This document shows positions 57,297 to 64,000 of a stretch of 64,000 nucleotides of DNA, piece after piece. The first letter of the stretch is position 1, and each line of letters starts with the position of its first letter. Location of the stretch: NCBI GenBank assembly GCA_036501185.1, contig DASYAU010000048.1:19382-83381 (forward strand), read 5' to 3'. The notes under the pieces are model-generated. The model saw nothing but the letters and a program-made list of their open reading frames with translations, was not told the DNA's origin and did not search any database. The translations under genes were made by a program, and so were the position numbers. The stretch is from Candidatus Korobacter sp. (lineage in GTDB: Bacteria > Acidobacteriota > Terriglobia > Terriglobales > Acidobacteriaceae).

Positions 57297-57854
57297 ATGG
57301 ATCCGAAAATGCTTGTAGTGATCGTGGTCGTGATTGTCGCGATCATAGTGATTGTGGCGGCAGTGGTGACGCAACGGAAGAAGGCGGCGCTTCGTCAGCG
57401 ATTCGGGCCCGAATACGATCGTGCGTTACGGGAACGCGGTTCGGAACGCGAGGCGCAGAACGTGTTGGCGGAACGTGAGAAGCGGGTCTCAAAGTTCAAC
57501 ATTCGTGCGTTGAGCGAACAAGAGCGTGCGGAGTACGCCGAGCGCTGGCGGGTGGTGCAGTCGCGATTCGTCGACGATCCGCGCGGCGCTGTGATTGATG
57601 CTGACGAGAGCGTGGCGGCGTTGATGGGTGCGCGTGGATATCCGATGGCGGATTTCGATCAGCGGGCCGCCGATTTGTCAGTGGATCATCCGCGGGTGGT
57701 GGATAACTATCGTAAGGCGCACGCGATTGCAGTCCGGCATCGCGAGGGCAAAGCGAGTACCGAAGACCTGCGGCAGGCAATGATTCATTACCGGTCGCTT
57801 TTTGAAGACCTTTTGGACGGGCGCAAGTCCGGGGATGTGAGGGAGGTAGCATAA
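57297..57854 (+). CDS. Hypothetical membrane-anchored protein (paralogous module shared with the next gene)
   Basis: GGGAGGGAG Shine-Dalgarno sequence; TM segment MLVVIVVVIVAIIVIVAAVV. Conserved blocks: ERWRVVQSRFVDDPRGAVIDADESVAALM and STEDLRQAMIHYRSLFEDLL. Confidence 0.65.
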   Translation: MDPKMLVVIVVVIVAIIVIVAAVVTQRKKAALRQRFGPEYDRALRERGSEREAQNVLAEREKRVSKFNIRALSEQERAEYAERWRVVQSRFVDDPRGAVIDADESVAALMGARGYPMADFDQRAADLSVDHPRVVDNYRKAHAIAVRHREGKASTEDLRQAMIHYRSLFEDLLDGRKSGDVREVA

Positions 57855-58340
57855 ATGGCGGAGTTGAAGCGTAAAGACGAAGAACTGACCACGGCCGACC
57901 TGGCGGGTACTAACCGCGTGGAAGAAGAGCGGCGTCCGCAATTGGTGCGCGACGAAGGAGAGCCTGCGGAAAACGAGCGAATGGCCGATGACAATATTGC
58001 ACGCCAGGATGCGGTTGGCGGCTACGACCGGGCGCGCACGGGGAACGTAGAGCGAATTGATAACGCACGTCCGACGGCATTGTTCTCGGAGAACGAAGTG
58101 GGCGACTTCCGCAACCGGTGGAGCAACATCCAGACCGGATTTGTTGATGAGCCACGCAAGGCCGTGGAAGATGCCGATAACCTTGTGGCATCGCTGATGA
58201 AGAAGCTGGCCGAAGGTTTCGCCAACGAGCGCTCCGGACTGGAGAAGCAGTGGGACCGCGGCGATAACGTTTCGACCGAAGATTTGCGGGTGGCGTTGCA
58301 GCGGTATCGTTCGTTCTTTGATCGGCTACTGAAAGTTTAA
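57855..58340 (+). CDS. Hypothetical soluble protein, paralog of the preceding gene
   Basis: The ATG directly follows the upstream TAA. Blocks NRWSNIQTGFVDEPRKAVEDADNLVASLM and STEDLRVALQRYRSFFDRLL mirror the upstream gene. Confidence 0.65.
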   Translation: MAELKRKDEELTTADLAGTNRVEEERRPQLVRDEGEPAENERMADDNIARQDAVGGYDRARTGNVERIDNARPTALFSENEVGDFRNRWSNIQTGFVDEPRKAVEDADNLVASLMKKLAEGFANERSGLEKQWDRGDNVSTEDLRVALQRYRSFFDRLLKV

Positions 58341-58371
58341 CGAATACGTAATTGAGCGGATGGACGCGCGA

Positions 58372-58995
58372 TCAATGCGCGTCCATTTTCTTTTGCAACT
58401 CAGCTTTCACGTTTGGCCACTCGGCGGCGATGATCGAGAAACGGGCCGAGTCGCGGGGAGTGAAGTCGGCAGCCATGCGATGCGCGCGGAGGATGCCATC
58501 AAATTTCCCGCCTATGCGCGCGATGGCGGCGCGGGAGCGCTCGTTACGGGCGTCGGTATGGAGGACCACGCGAAGGAGATGCCACTGCTCGAAGGCGTGG
58601 CCGAGCATGAGCAGCTTCGCCTCGGTGTTAATCACCGTACGGATTGCGGATGGCGAATACCAGGTGTATCCAATCTCGCAGACGTCGGGAGTGGCGCGGC
58701 CATGAAGGGTATGGCCAGCGGGCCATGCGAAATTTTCGAGATCGAAGAAACGGGTGCTGCCGACGAGAAGATTGTCGGACTTACGAATGACCGCGAATGG
58801 CACGGCTTTGCCGGCGTTGCGCAATGCGATCGCGGTGTCGATGTACTTCACGGCAGCTTCCCGAGTCGTAGGAACTGGACTCCACGTGTAGAGATCGCCG
58901 GCGCCGGCGGATGCGGCGACCAAGGCTTCAGCGTGCGACAGTTGCAGTGGTTCGAGGCGGACGTGGCGGCCGTCAAGAGTTGGGAGAAATTCCAT
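58372..58995 (-). CDS. GNAT family N-acetyltransferase (RimJ/RimL-like)
   Basis: VRLEPLQLSHAEAL ... IGYTWYSP ... VLHTDARNERSRAAIARIG. Confidence 0.8.
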   Translation of the reverse strand: MEFLPTLDGRHVRLEPLQLSHAEALVAASAGAGDLYTWSPVPTTREAAVKYIDTAIALRNAGKAVPFAVIRKSDNLLVGSTRFFDLENFAWPAGHTLHGRATPDVCEIGYTWYSPSAIRTVINTEAKLLMLGHAFEQWHLLRVVLHTDARNERSRAAIARIGGKFDGILRAHRMAADFTPRDSARFSIIAAEWPNVKAELQKKMDAH

Positions 58996-58997
58996 TA

Positions 58998-59552
58998 TCA
59001 AAGGCTCGCTTTGCTGAAGCCTTTGCGGCGCTGTTTGCTATAGCGATGCAGCGCGTCTTCAATGATGGGATAGGCGGCTTCGGCGTGCTGGATCGCGTCT
59101 ACTTCAACTTCTTTGCCTTCGAGGACTTTGTAGTCCTGGAAAAAGCGACGAAGCATTTGTAGTCGGTGCGGCGGCATCTCCTCGGCTTCTTTGTAAGAGT
59201 TGAATTCGGGATCCTTGGTGGCCACCGCGATGATCTTCTGGTCGGGCTTGCCGCTGTCCATCATCGTCATGAGGCCAATCGTGCGGGCCTGGATGATGGT
59301 CAACGGCACCACGGGCTCCTGGCACAGCACGAGGATGTCGAGCGGGTCGTCATCTTCGGCGAGCGTCTGCGGGATGAATCCGTAGTTCGCTGGATAGTAC
59401 GCGGCCGAGTAAAGGATTCGGTCGAGCTTGATCAAACCACTCTGTTTGTCGAGCTCGTACTTCACGCTCGAGCCGAAAGGGATTTCGATGACGGCATTGC
59501 ACTCGTGGGGTACGTGTTCGCCGGGGCTGATGTCGTGCCAGGGATGGATCAT
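58998..59552 (-). CDS. ppa: Inorganic pyrophosphatase (family I)
   Basis: [18 protein letters not shown] ... [24 protein letters not shown]. Starts at ATG 59552 (MIHPWHDI). Confidence 0.95.
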   Translation of the reverse strand: MIHPWHDISPGEHVPHECNAVIEIPFGSSVKYELDKQSGLIKLDRILYSAAYYPANYGFIPQTLAEDDDPLDILVLCQEPVVPLTIIQARTIGLMTMMDSGKPDQKIIAVATKDPEFNSYKEAEEMPPHRLQMLRRFFQDYKVLEGKEVEVDAIQHAEAAYPIIEDALHRYSKQRRKGFSKASL

Positions 59553-59652
59553 TAAAATTTCGCACTTTCTATGACGTCGGGGCCGTAGGTCGATTTTATC
59601 AGTGAGATGCGTGCGGATGCGGCTCTGACGATGCCATGTAGAATCGGCAGTA

Positions 59653-61287
59653 ATGTCGGCTCCATCCAGCAGCTTTTTCAGTCGCGCGGCGCGGGCGTTG
59701 CGGCCCTCGCACCAGCATTCGGCGTTTTCGGCGACGTTGCTACTGATGGGGGCGGTCATGCTCTCGCGGGTAATCGGTTATGCGCGGGAGATATACATTG
59801 CCGCCGTTTTCGGCGTGACGGGAATGACGGACGCGTACAACGCTGCCTTCACCCTGCCGGACTGGCTGAACTACATGCTGGCGGGCGGTACGGCATCGAT
59901 CACCTTTATTTCGATCTACACGCGCTATCTTTCGCAGGACCGCGAAGAGGATGCACGCAAGACGTTCTCGGCCATTATCACGATCATCGTATCGGTCCTA
60001 CTGGTTCTGATCGTGGTCGCGGAGATCTACGCAACCCAGTTCACCAGTTGGTATTTTCGCGGGTTCACACCGCAGCAGGTGGAATTGTGCGCGCGGTTGA
60101 CGCGCATCCTGCTTCCGGCACAGATCTTCTTTTATGTCGGCGGTGTAGTTTCGGCGGTATTACTTTCTCGGCGGTTGTTCCTGCTGCCGGCGTTTGGTCC
60201 GCTGCTCTACAACCTCTTTATCATTCTTGGCGGCGTGGTTGGCGCAAGGCGGTTCGGCCTGGCGTCGCTGGCGATCGGAGCGCTGGTGGGCAGTTTCGCC
60301 GGGCCGTTCCTGGTGAACGCGATCGGCGCAGCGAAGACGAAGATCGGCTTCCGCCTCAATTACGATTTTCGCGATGAAGGCTTTCGCGAATGGATCAAAC
60401 TCTCCGTTCCGCTGATGCTGGGCGTGTCCCTGGTTACGGCAGATGATTGGATCTCGCGCTTCTTTGCCAGCCATGACGTGGGTGGCATCACGCATTTGAA
60501 CTACGCGAAACGACTGTTCGCGGTTCCTATCGCGGTGCTGGGGCAGGCGACCGGACAGGCGTCCCTTCCGTTCTTCGCACGCCTGTTCAGCGAAGGCAAA
60601 CTGAAGGAATTCGCGCGCCAGGTAAGCGATTCGGTTTATCGACTGGGGGCGACCTCATTGCTGCTCACTGCGTGGATGATGGCCGCCGCTCTGCCCGTGA
60701 TGGATCTGGCGTACCGGCGCGGACATTTCCATTTTGCTGATTCGCAAGTGACGGCCGTGTATTTCTTCTGGTTCGCCCTTTCATTGGCGTTGTGGTCGGC
60801 GCAAGCACTCTATGCTCGGGCTTTTTACGCCGCCGCCGATACGCTTACACCGATGATTTCAAGCACGCTGATTACGGCGGCCTCCATCCCGATCTATGGC
60901 TTTCTGTATCACCATAACGGGGTGGTCGGGCTGGCACAGGCGTCAGATATTGGGATCCTACTGAACACGCTGGCCATGGTGGTGCTGCTCGATCGCATGA
61001 AGTTGGTGCGAGTAGCGGAGCTGAACTGGACTGAGATGACAAAAGCGTGTGCGACGGCAGCTGCCGCAGGATTTGCGGCGTGGTACGCATCGCGGATTGT
61101 GCCGGTGGCGGCTTCGCGGAGGGATGATCTTTGTTCGCTAGGTATTGCGACGGCGGTGTGGGCGCTGGTGGCGTGGGTCGGACTAAAGATAACCCGTTCG
61201 GAGTTGCCGGCGGCGTTGCGTCGGAAGAAGCAGCGCGAGCCAGCAACGGAGATCGCGGAGCAGACCAGCGGGGGAGTGGAGCCGTAG
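59653..61287 (+). CDS. murJ: Lipid II flippase MurJ (MviN)
   Basis: 14-TM MOP-superfamily layout; N-terminus [19 protein letters not shown] ... [10 protein letters not shown]. Confidence 0.9.
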   Translation: MSAPSSSFFSRAARALRPSHQHSAFSATLLLMGAVMLSRVIGYAREIYIAAVFGVTGMTDAYNAAFTLPDWLNYMLAGGTASITFISIYTRYLSQDREEDARKTFSAIITIIVSVLLVLIVVAEIYATQFTSWYFRGFTPQQVELCARLTRILLPAQIFFYVGGVVSAVLLSRRLFLLPAFGPLLYNLFIILGGVVGARRFGLASLAIGALVGSFAGPFLVNAIGAAKTKIGFRLNYDFRDEGFREWIKLSVPLMLGVSLVTADDWISRFFASHDVGGITHLNYAKRLFAVPIAVLGQATGQASLPFFARLFSEGKLKEFARQVSDSVYRLGATSLLLTAWMMAAALPVMDLAYRRGHFHFADSQVTAVYFFWFALSLALWSAQALYARAFYAAADTLTPMISSTLITAASIPIYGFLYHHNGVVGLAQASDIGILLNTLAMVVLLDRMKLVRVAELNWTEMTKACATAAAAGFAAWYASRIVPVAASRRDDLCSLGIATAVWALVAWVGLKITRSELPAALRRKKQREPATEIAEQTSGGVEP

Positions 61288-61361
61288 GAACGCGGCGCAA
61301 AGCGGTATAGCGCTAGTCGAAGAGCGGGGCCGGCTGAAGCCTTTCCGCTGATACAACCCAC

Positions 61362-61577
61362 CTACCGGATCATCTTCATCCGTGACCAGTCGTAGCCGAA
61401 CTTCTTGCCACATTCCAGGCACACAACGTAGTGACTGCCTCTCTGCTGGGTGTCCACGCTCTCCCATTCCCCAGTCGAGGAGCCGTGGGTGGTGGCGGCG
61501 GAGAAGGGTTTGGAGATACGGCGATGATGACAGCCGAGCGACAGGGCATCAAACAACTTACGGAACATTTTGCGCAC
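61362..61577 (-). CDS. Hypothetical small Cys/His-containing protein (71 aa)
   Basis: The ORF lies downstream of bactofilin on the same strand and contains CHH ... CLECGKKFGYDW, a possible zinc-ribbon half. Weak evidence. Confidence 0.35.
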   Translation of the reverse strand: MRKMFRKLFDALSLGCHHRRISKPFSAATTHGSSTGEWESVDTQQRGSHYVVCLECGKKFGYDWSRMKMIR

Positions 61578-61706
61578 CTCGGGACAGGTAGCAGGCTTCC
61601 CCCGGCGTCGTAGCGACGGAGCAGGGTGCCGTTTTATGACGAAGGCGGGCGCACGCCTTGCGGCTGACGGGCGGGATGCGAATCCCGCCCGTAAATCCTG
61701 GGAAGA

Positions 61707-62210
61707 CTACGCAGTCTTGGCAGCGGCAGCGGGCTCTTTCTCCGCATCCTTCTGGCCGGGCTTGCGAATGTCGATGCCACCCTTGAAGAAGGCGCCGTCT
61801 TCAATACTCACGCGCTGGGCAACAACGTCGCCGGTGAGCGAGCCTTCGTTGCGGATGTCGACGCGATCGCTGGCGGTTAGATTGCCCTTCACCTTGCCGA
61901 GGACGACGACTTCACGCGCGAGGATGTTGGCGCTGACGACGCCGTTGCGTCCCACGGTTACACGGTTACCGGGAAGGTTGATGGAACCTTCGACGCGCCC
62001 GTCGATGTAAAGCGATTCGGAGCCGGTGACCTCGCCCTTGATGACGAGCGACTTGCCGATGGTGGCTTGCTCGGCTGTGTTCACCGCGGCGTTGCGGGGC
62101 GCGGGAGCGGGCTCCATGGCAGCTGGAGCTGCGGCGGGAGCAGGCGCAGGAGTGGGGCGGGGCTGATCAGGGGTGGCGGTGTTGCCGGGAGCGGTGTTGG
62201 GCTTCCACAT
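61707..62210 (-). CDS. Bactofilin family cytoskeletal protein
   Basis: Beta-helical repeat core IGKSLVIKGEVTGSESLYIDGRVEGSINLPGNRVTVGRNGVVSANILAREVVVLGKVKGNLTASDRVDI, with a Pro/Ala-rich N-terminal tail. ATG at 62210 is preceded by an AGGAAG Shine-Dalgarno sequence. Confidence 0.88.
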   Translation of the reverse strand: MWKPNTAPGNTATPDQPRPTPAPAPAAAPAAMEPAPAPRNAAVNTAEQATIGKSLVIKGEVTGSESLYIDGRVEGSINLPGNRVTVGRNGVVSANILAREVVVLGKVKGNLTASDRVDIRNEGSLTGDVVAQRVSIEDGAFFKGGIDIRKPGQKDAEKEPAAAAKTA

Positions 62211-62508
62211 GGGACAAAAACTTCCTTTCAAGGGGGATGAACGAGCAACTCACGTGCACGTTTAAAGCCAAATGAAAATCCGCATTCCGACGTTCAGAAC
62301 TGCTGATTTTCGTGGTTCCGGTGCGTTCAGTGTAACTGGTCTGGGTGAGTGCCCGCCACTGTCTGGTGTAATTATTCCAGCAGCGTCGGCATTTCTTATA
62401 TCAGCAAATCAACCTAACATGGGAGACTGTGGACGCTTAACATTAGTGCTACGTCTTTCGCACTAGCCGCCGCGAAAATGGTGCAGTGGCAGCGGACTGA
62501 CCAGACCC

Positions 62509-64000
62509 ATGCTTACCGACCAGCAGATCCTAGATCACATCGAAAAACAGGCGCACCAATCAGCCAACTATAAGCAGCTCCTGCGCGAACTGCGGCTGCG
62601 CGGCGAGGACCGCGACCAGTTAGCGCGGCGATTGGAATCGCTGGTAAAACGCGGCAAGCTGGTGACTGCCTCGGCCGGGCGCTACGCGATGCCGAAGACG
62701 GCGCGCGCACAGAACCTGGTGGCAGGGAAATTGAGCATGCATCGCGATGGGTATGGGTTCGTGATTCCGAGCGATACGGTGGTAAGGGAATCGATTGACG
62801 GCGATATCTACATCCCGCCGCCGGCGATTGGGTCAGCCATGCACGGCGACGAAGTGCTGGTGGAGATCGTCGCGAAGAAGCGCGATGGACGAGCCGAGGG
62901 CCGGATCCTGCGGACGCTCAACCGAGCGCACGAGATGGTAGTAGGAACCTTCCACTACGGTGATAAGACAAACTTCGTGCGGCCGATCGACGAGAAGATC
63001 ACACAGGACATCATCATCCCGAAAGGGCTGGAATGGCCGCCGGGCTTGGAGAAAGAAGAAGCAACACGACGGAAGCGCGACGAAGCGGATCGTGTGATTG
63101 GATCTGAGGCGCGACGGCGCGAGTGGACGAACCTGGAAGATCTGGTAGTGAACGTGGAGATTACCGAATGGCCCTCGCCGACGCAGAGCCCTCGTGGAAG
63201 AGTCGTCGAGATCCTGGGATACGAAGACGATTTCGGAGTAGATACCGAGATCATGATCCGCAAGCACCACCTCCCTCACCAGTTCCCTGCGGAGGTGCTA
63301 GCGGAGGCGCGGGGCTTCAGCCCGGAGATTCCCGCGAAGGAGTTGAAACACCGCCGCGACTATCGCGAGCTGCCGATTGTGACCATTGATGGCGAGACGG
63401 CGCGTGATTTCGATGACGCGGTTTTGGTGGAAAAGCTGCCGAACGGGAACTTTCGCTTGCATGTGCACATTGCGGACGTGGCGCATTACGTCACCGAGGA
63501 AAGCGATATCGATCTCGAGGCGCGATTGCGCGGGACGTCGGTGTACTTTCCGGACCGTGCCGTGCCGATGCTGCCGCTGGAACTCTCGACCGACATCTGC
63601 AGCTTGCGCCCGCAGGTGGACCGACTGGTGCTCTCGTGCGTGATGGAGATCGACCACACCGGCGAGATTGTTGGGTACGAGTTGAACGAGGGCGTGATCC
63701 GGTCGGCCGAGCGAATGACCTACACGGCGGTACACGGTGTGCTACAAGGCGACGCGGAGCTTCGCAAGAGATATGAACCGCTGGTGGCGAACTTTGAGTT
63801 GATGCGCGACCTGGCGGCGATTTTGAACCGCAAGCGGCAGAAACGTGGATCGATTGACTTCGATTTACCGGAGCCCGTGATCGAGTTCGATGAGAACGGG
63901 CTGATGAAAGGCGTGACTCGGTCGGAGCGGAACGAGGCGAATCGGCTGATCGAAGAGTTCATGCTGGCAGCGAACGAAAGCGTCGCGACATATCTCGAAG
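62509..64000 (+). CDS. rnr: Ribonuclease R (3' end outside the window)
   Basis: The frame is open from ATG 62509 to the window edge. N-terminal HTH-like (MLTDQQILDHIEKQ), cold-shock-like (GKLSMHRDGYGFVIP) and RNB domains (IDGETARDFDDAVLVEKL, HVHIADVAHYV, VYFPDRAVPMLP). Confidence 0.92.
   Translation, partial: MLTDQQILDHIEKQAHQSANYKQLLRELRLRGEDRDQLARRLESLVKRGKLVTASAGRYAMPKTARAQNLVAGKLSMHRDGYGFVIPSDTVVRESIDGDIYIPPPAIGSAMHGDEVLVEIVAKKRDGRAEGRILRTLNRAHEMVVGTFHYGDKTNFVRPIDEKITQDIIIPKGLEWPPGLEKEEATRRKRDEADRVIGSEARRREWTNLEDLVVNVEITEWPSPTQSPRGRVVEILGYEDDFGVDTEIMIRKHHLPHQFPAEVLAEARGFSPEIPAKELKHRRDYRELPIVTIDGETARDFDDAVLVEKLPNGNFRLHVHIADVAHYVTEESDIDLEARLRGTSVYFPDRAVPMLPLELSTDICSLRPQVDRLVLSCVMEIDHTGEIVGYELNEGVIRSAERMTYTAVHGVLQGDAELRKRYEPLVANFELMRDLAAILNRKRQKRGSIDFDLPEPVIEFDENGLMKGVTRSERNEANRLIEEFMLAANESVATYLE

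Noticed and set aside
57137-57346. 70-codon N-terminal extension of the GT-C glycosyltransferase ORF. Similar extensions exist for kynureninase (29931-30020), ppa (59553-59759), the GH13 gene (39662-39838) and pilT (42808-42912).
   Set aside because: The extensions lack family similarity, overlap divergent neighbours or promoters, and in most cases the internal ATG is preceded by a good Shine-Dalgarno sequence or forms an ATGA junction (the pilT ATG at 42913 was chosen only for typical PilT length).

Overview
All calls are by eye from the sequence and the ORF track; no searches were run. This 64-kb window looks like an ordinary core-chromosome segment of a high-GC genome. I infer an Acidobacteria (Terriglobia)-type genome from three TonB C-domain paralogs, a CarboxypepD_reg-type outer-membrane receptor and GC-rich dispersed hairpin repeats. 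I support about 60 protein-coding genes.

Housekeeping and other genes, in order:
- Left end and translation: an ABC (FtsX/MacB) permease, a Fic-domain protein, rplM-rpsI, and rpsB and tsf (separated here by a VOC-family gene and repeats).
- Central metabolism and envelope: an orphan sensor histidine kinase, an AI-2E transporter, coaD, an aminotransferase, a mannose-activation trio (manA, GDP-mannose pyrophosphorylase, phosphomannomutase), an M48 protease, kdsB, PPK2 and asnA.
- Carbohydrate enzymes: an aldo/keto reductase plus a GH2 hydrolase, and a five-domain CGTase-like GH13 enzyme.
- Right half: threonine dehydratase, a lone PilT ATPase, hemE-hemH-hemY, an amidohydrolase, DinB, an Hsp15-like protein, an MFS transporter, a GT-C glycosyltransferase, a GNAT, ppa, murJ, bactofilin and the 5' part of rnr.

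I saw no rRNA, tRNA, CRISPR array, transposase, integrase or phage gene.

The one coherent accessory module is a tightly packed aerobic kynurenine / 2-aminomuconate tryptophan-catabolic cluster at 26.6-35.6 kb. It contains an unusual in-frame ACMSD::tryptophan 2,3-dioxygenase fusion and an alpha/beta-hydrolase (eukaryote-type) candidate formamidase coupled to an APC permease.

I do not see a convincing new multi-gene defence, toxin or secretion system. The best leads are:
- the ACMSD::TDO fusion;
- six perfect alternating copies of an 8-mer forming mutually exclusive hairpins over the Fic start codon;
- a TonB paralog interrupted by a single in-frame TGA at a conserved Arg position;
- three back-to-back heptanucleotide tandem repeats;
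- an uncharacterised double zinc-ribbon protein with duplicated flanking modules.
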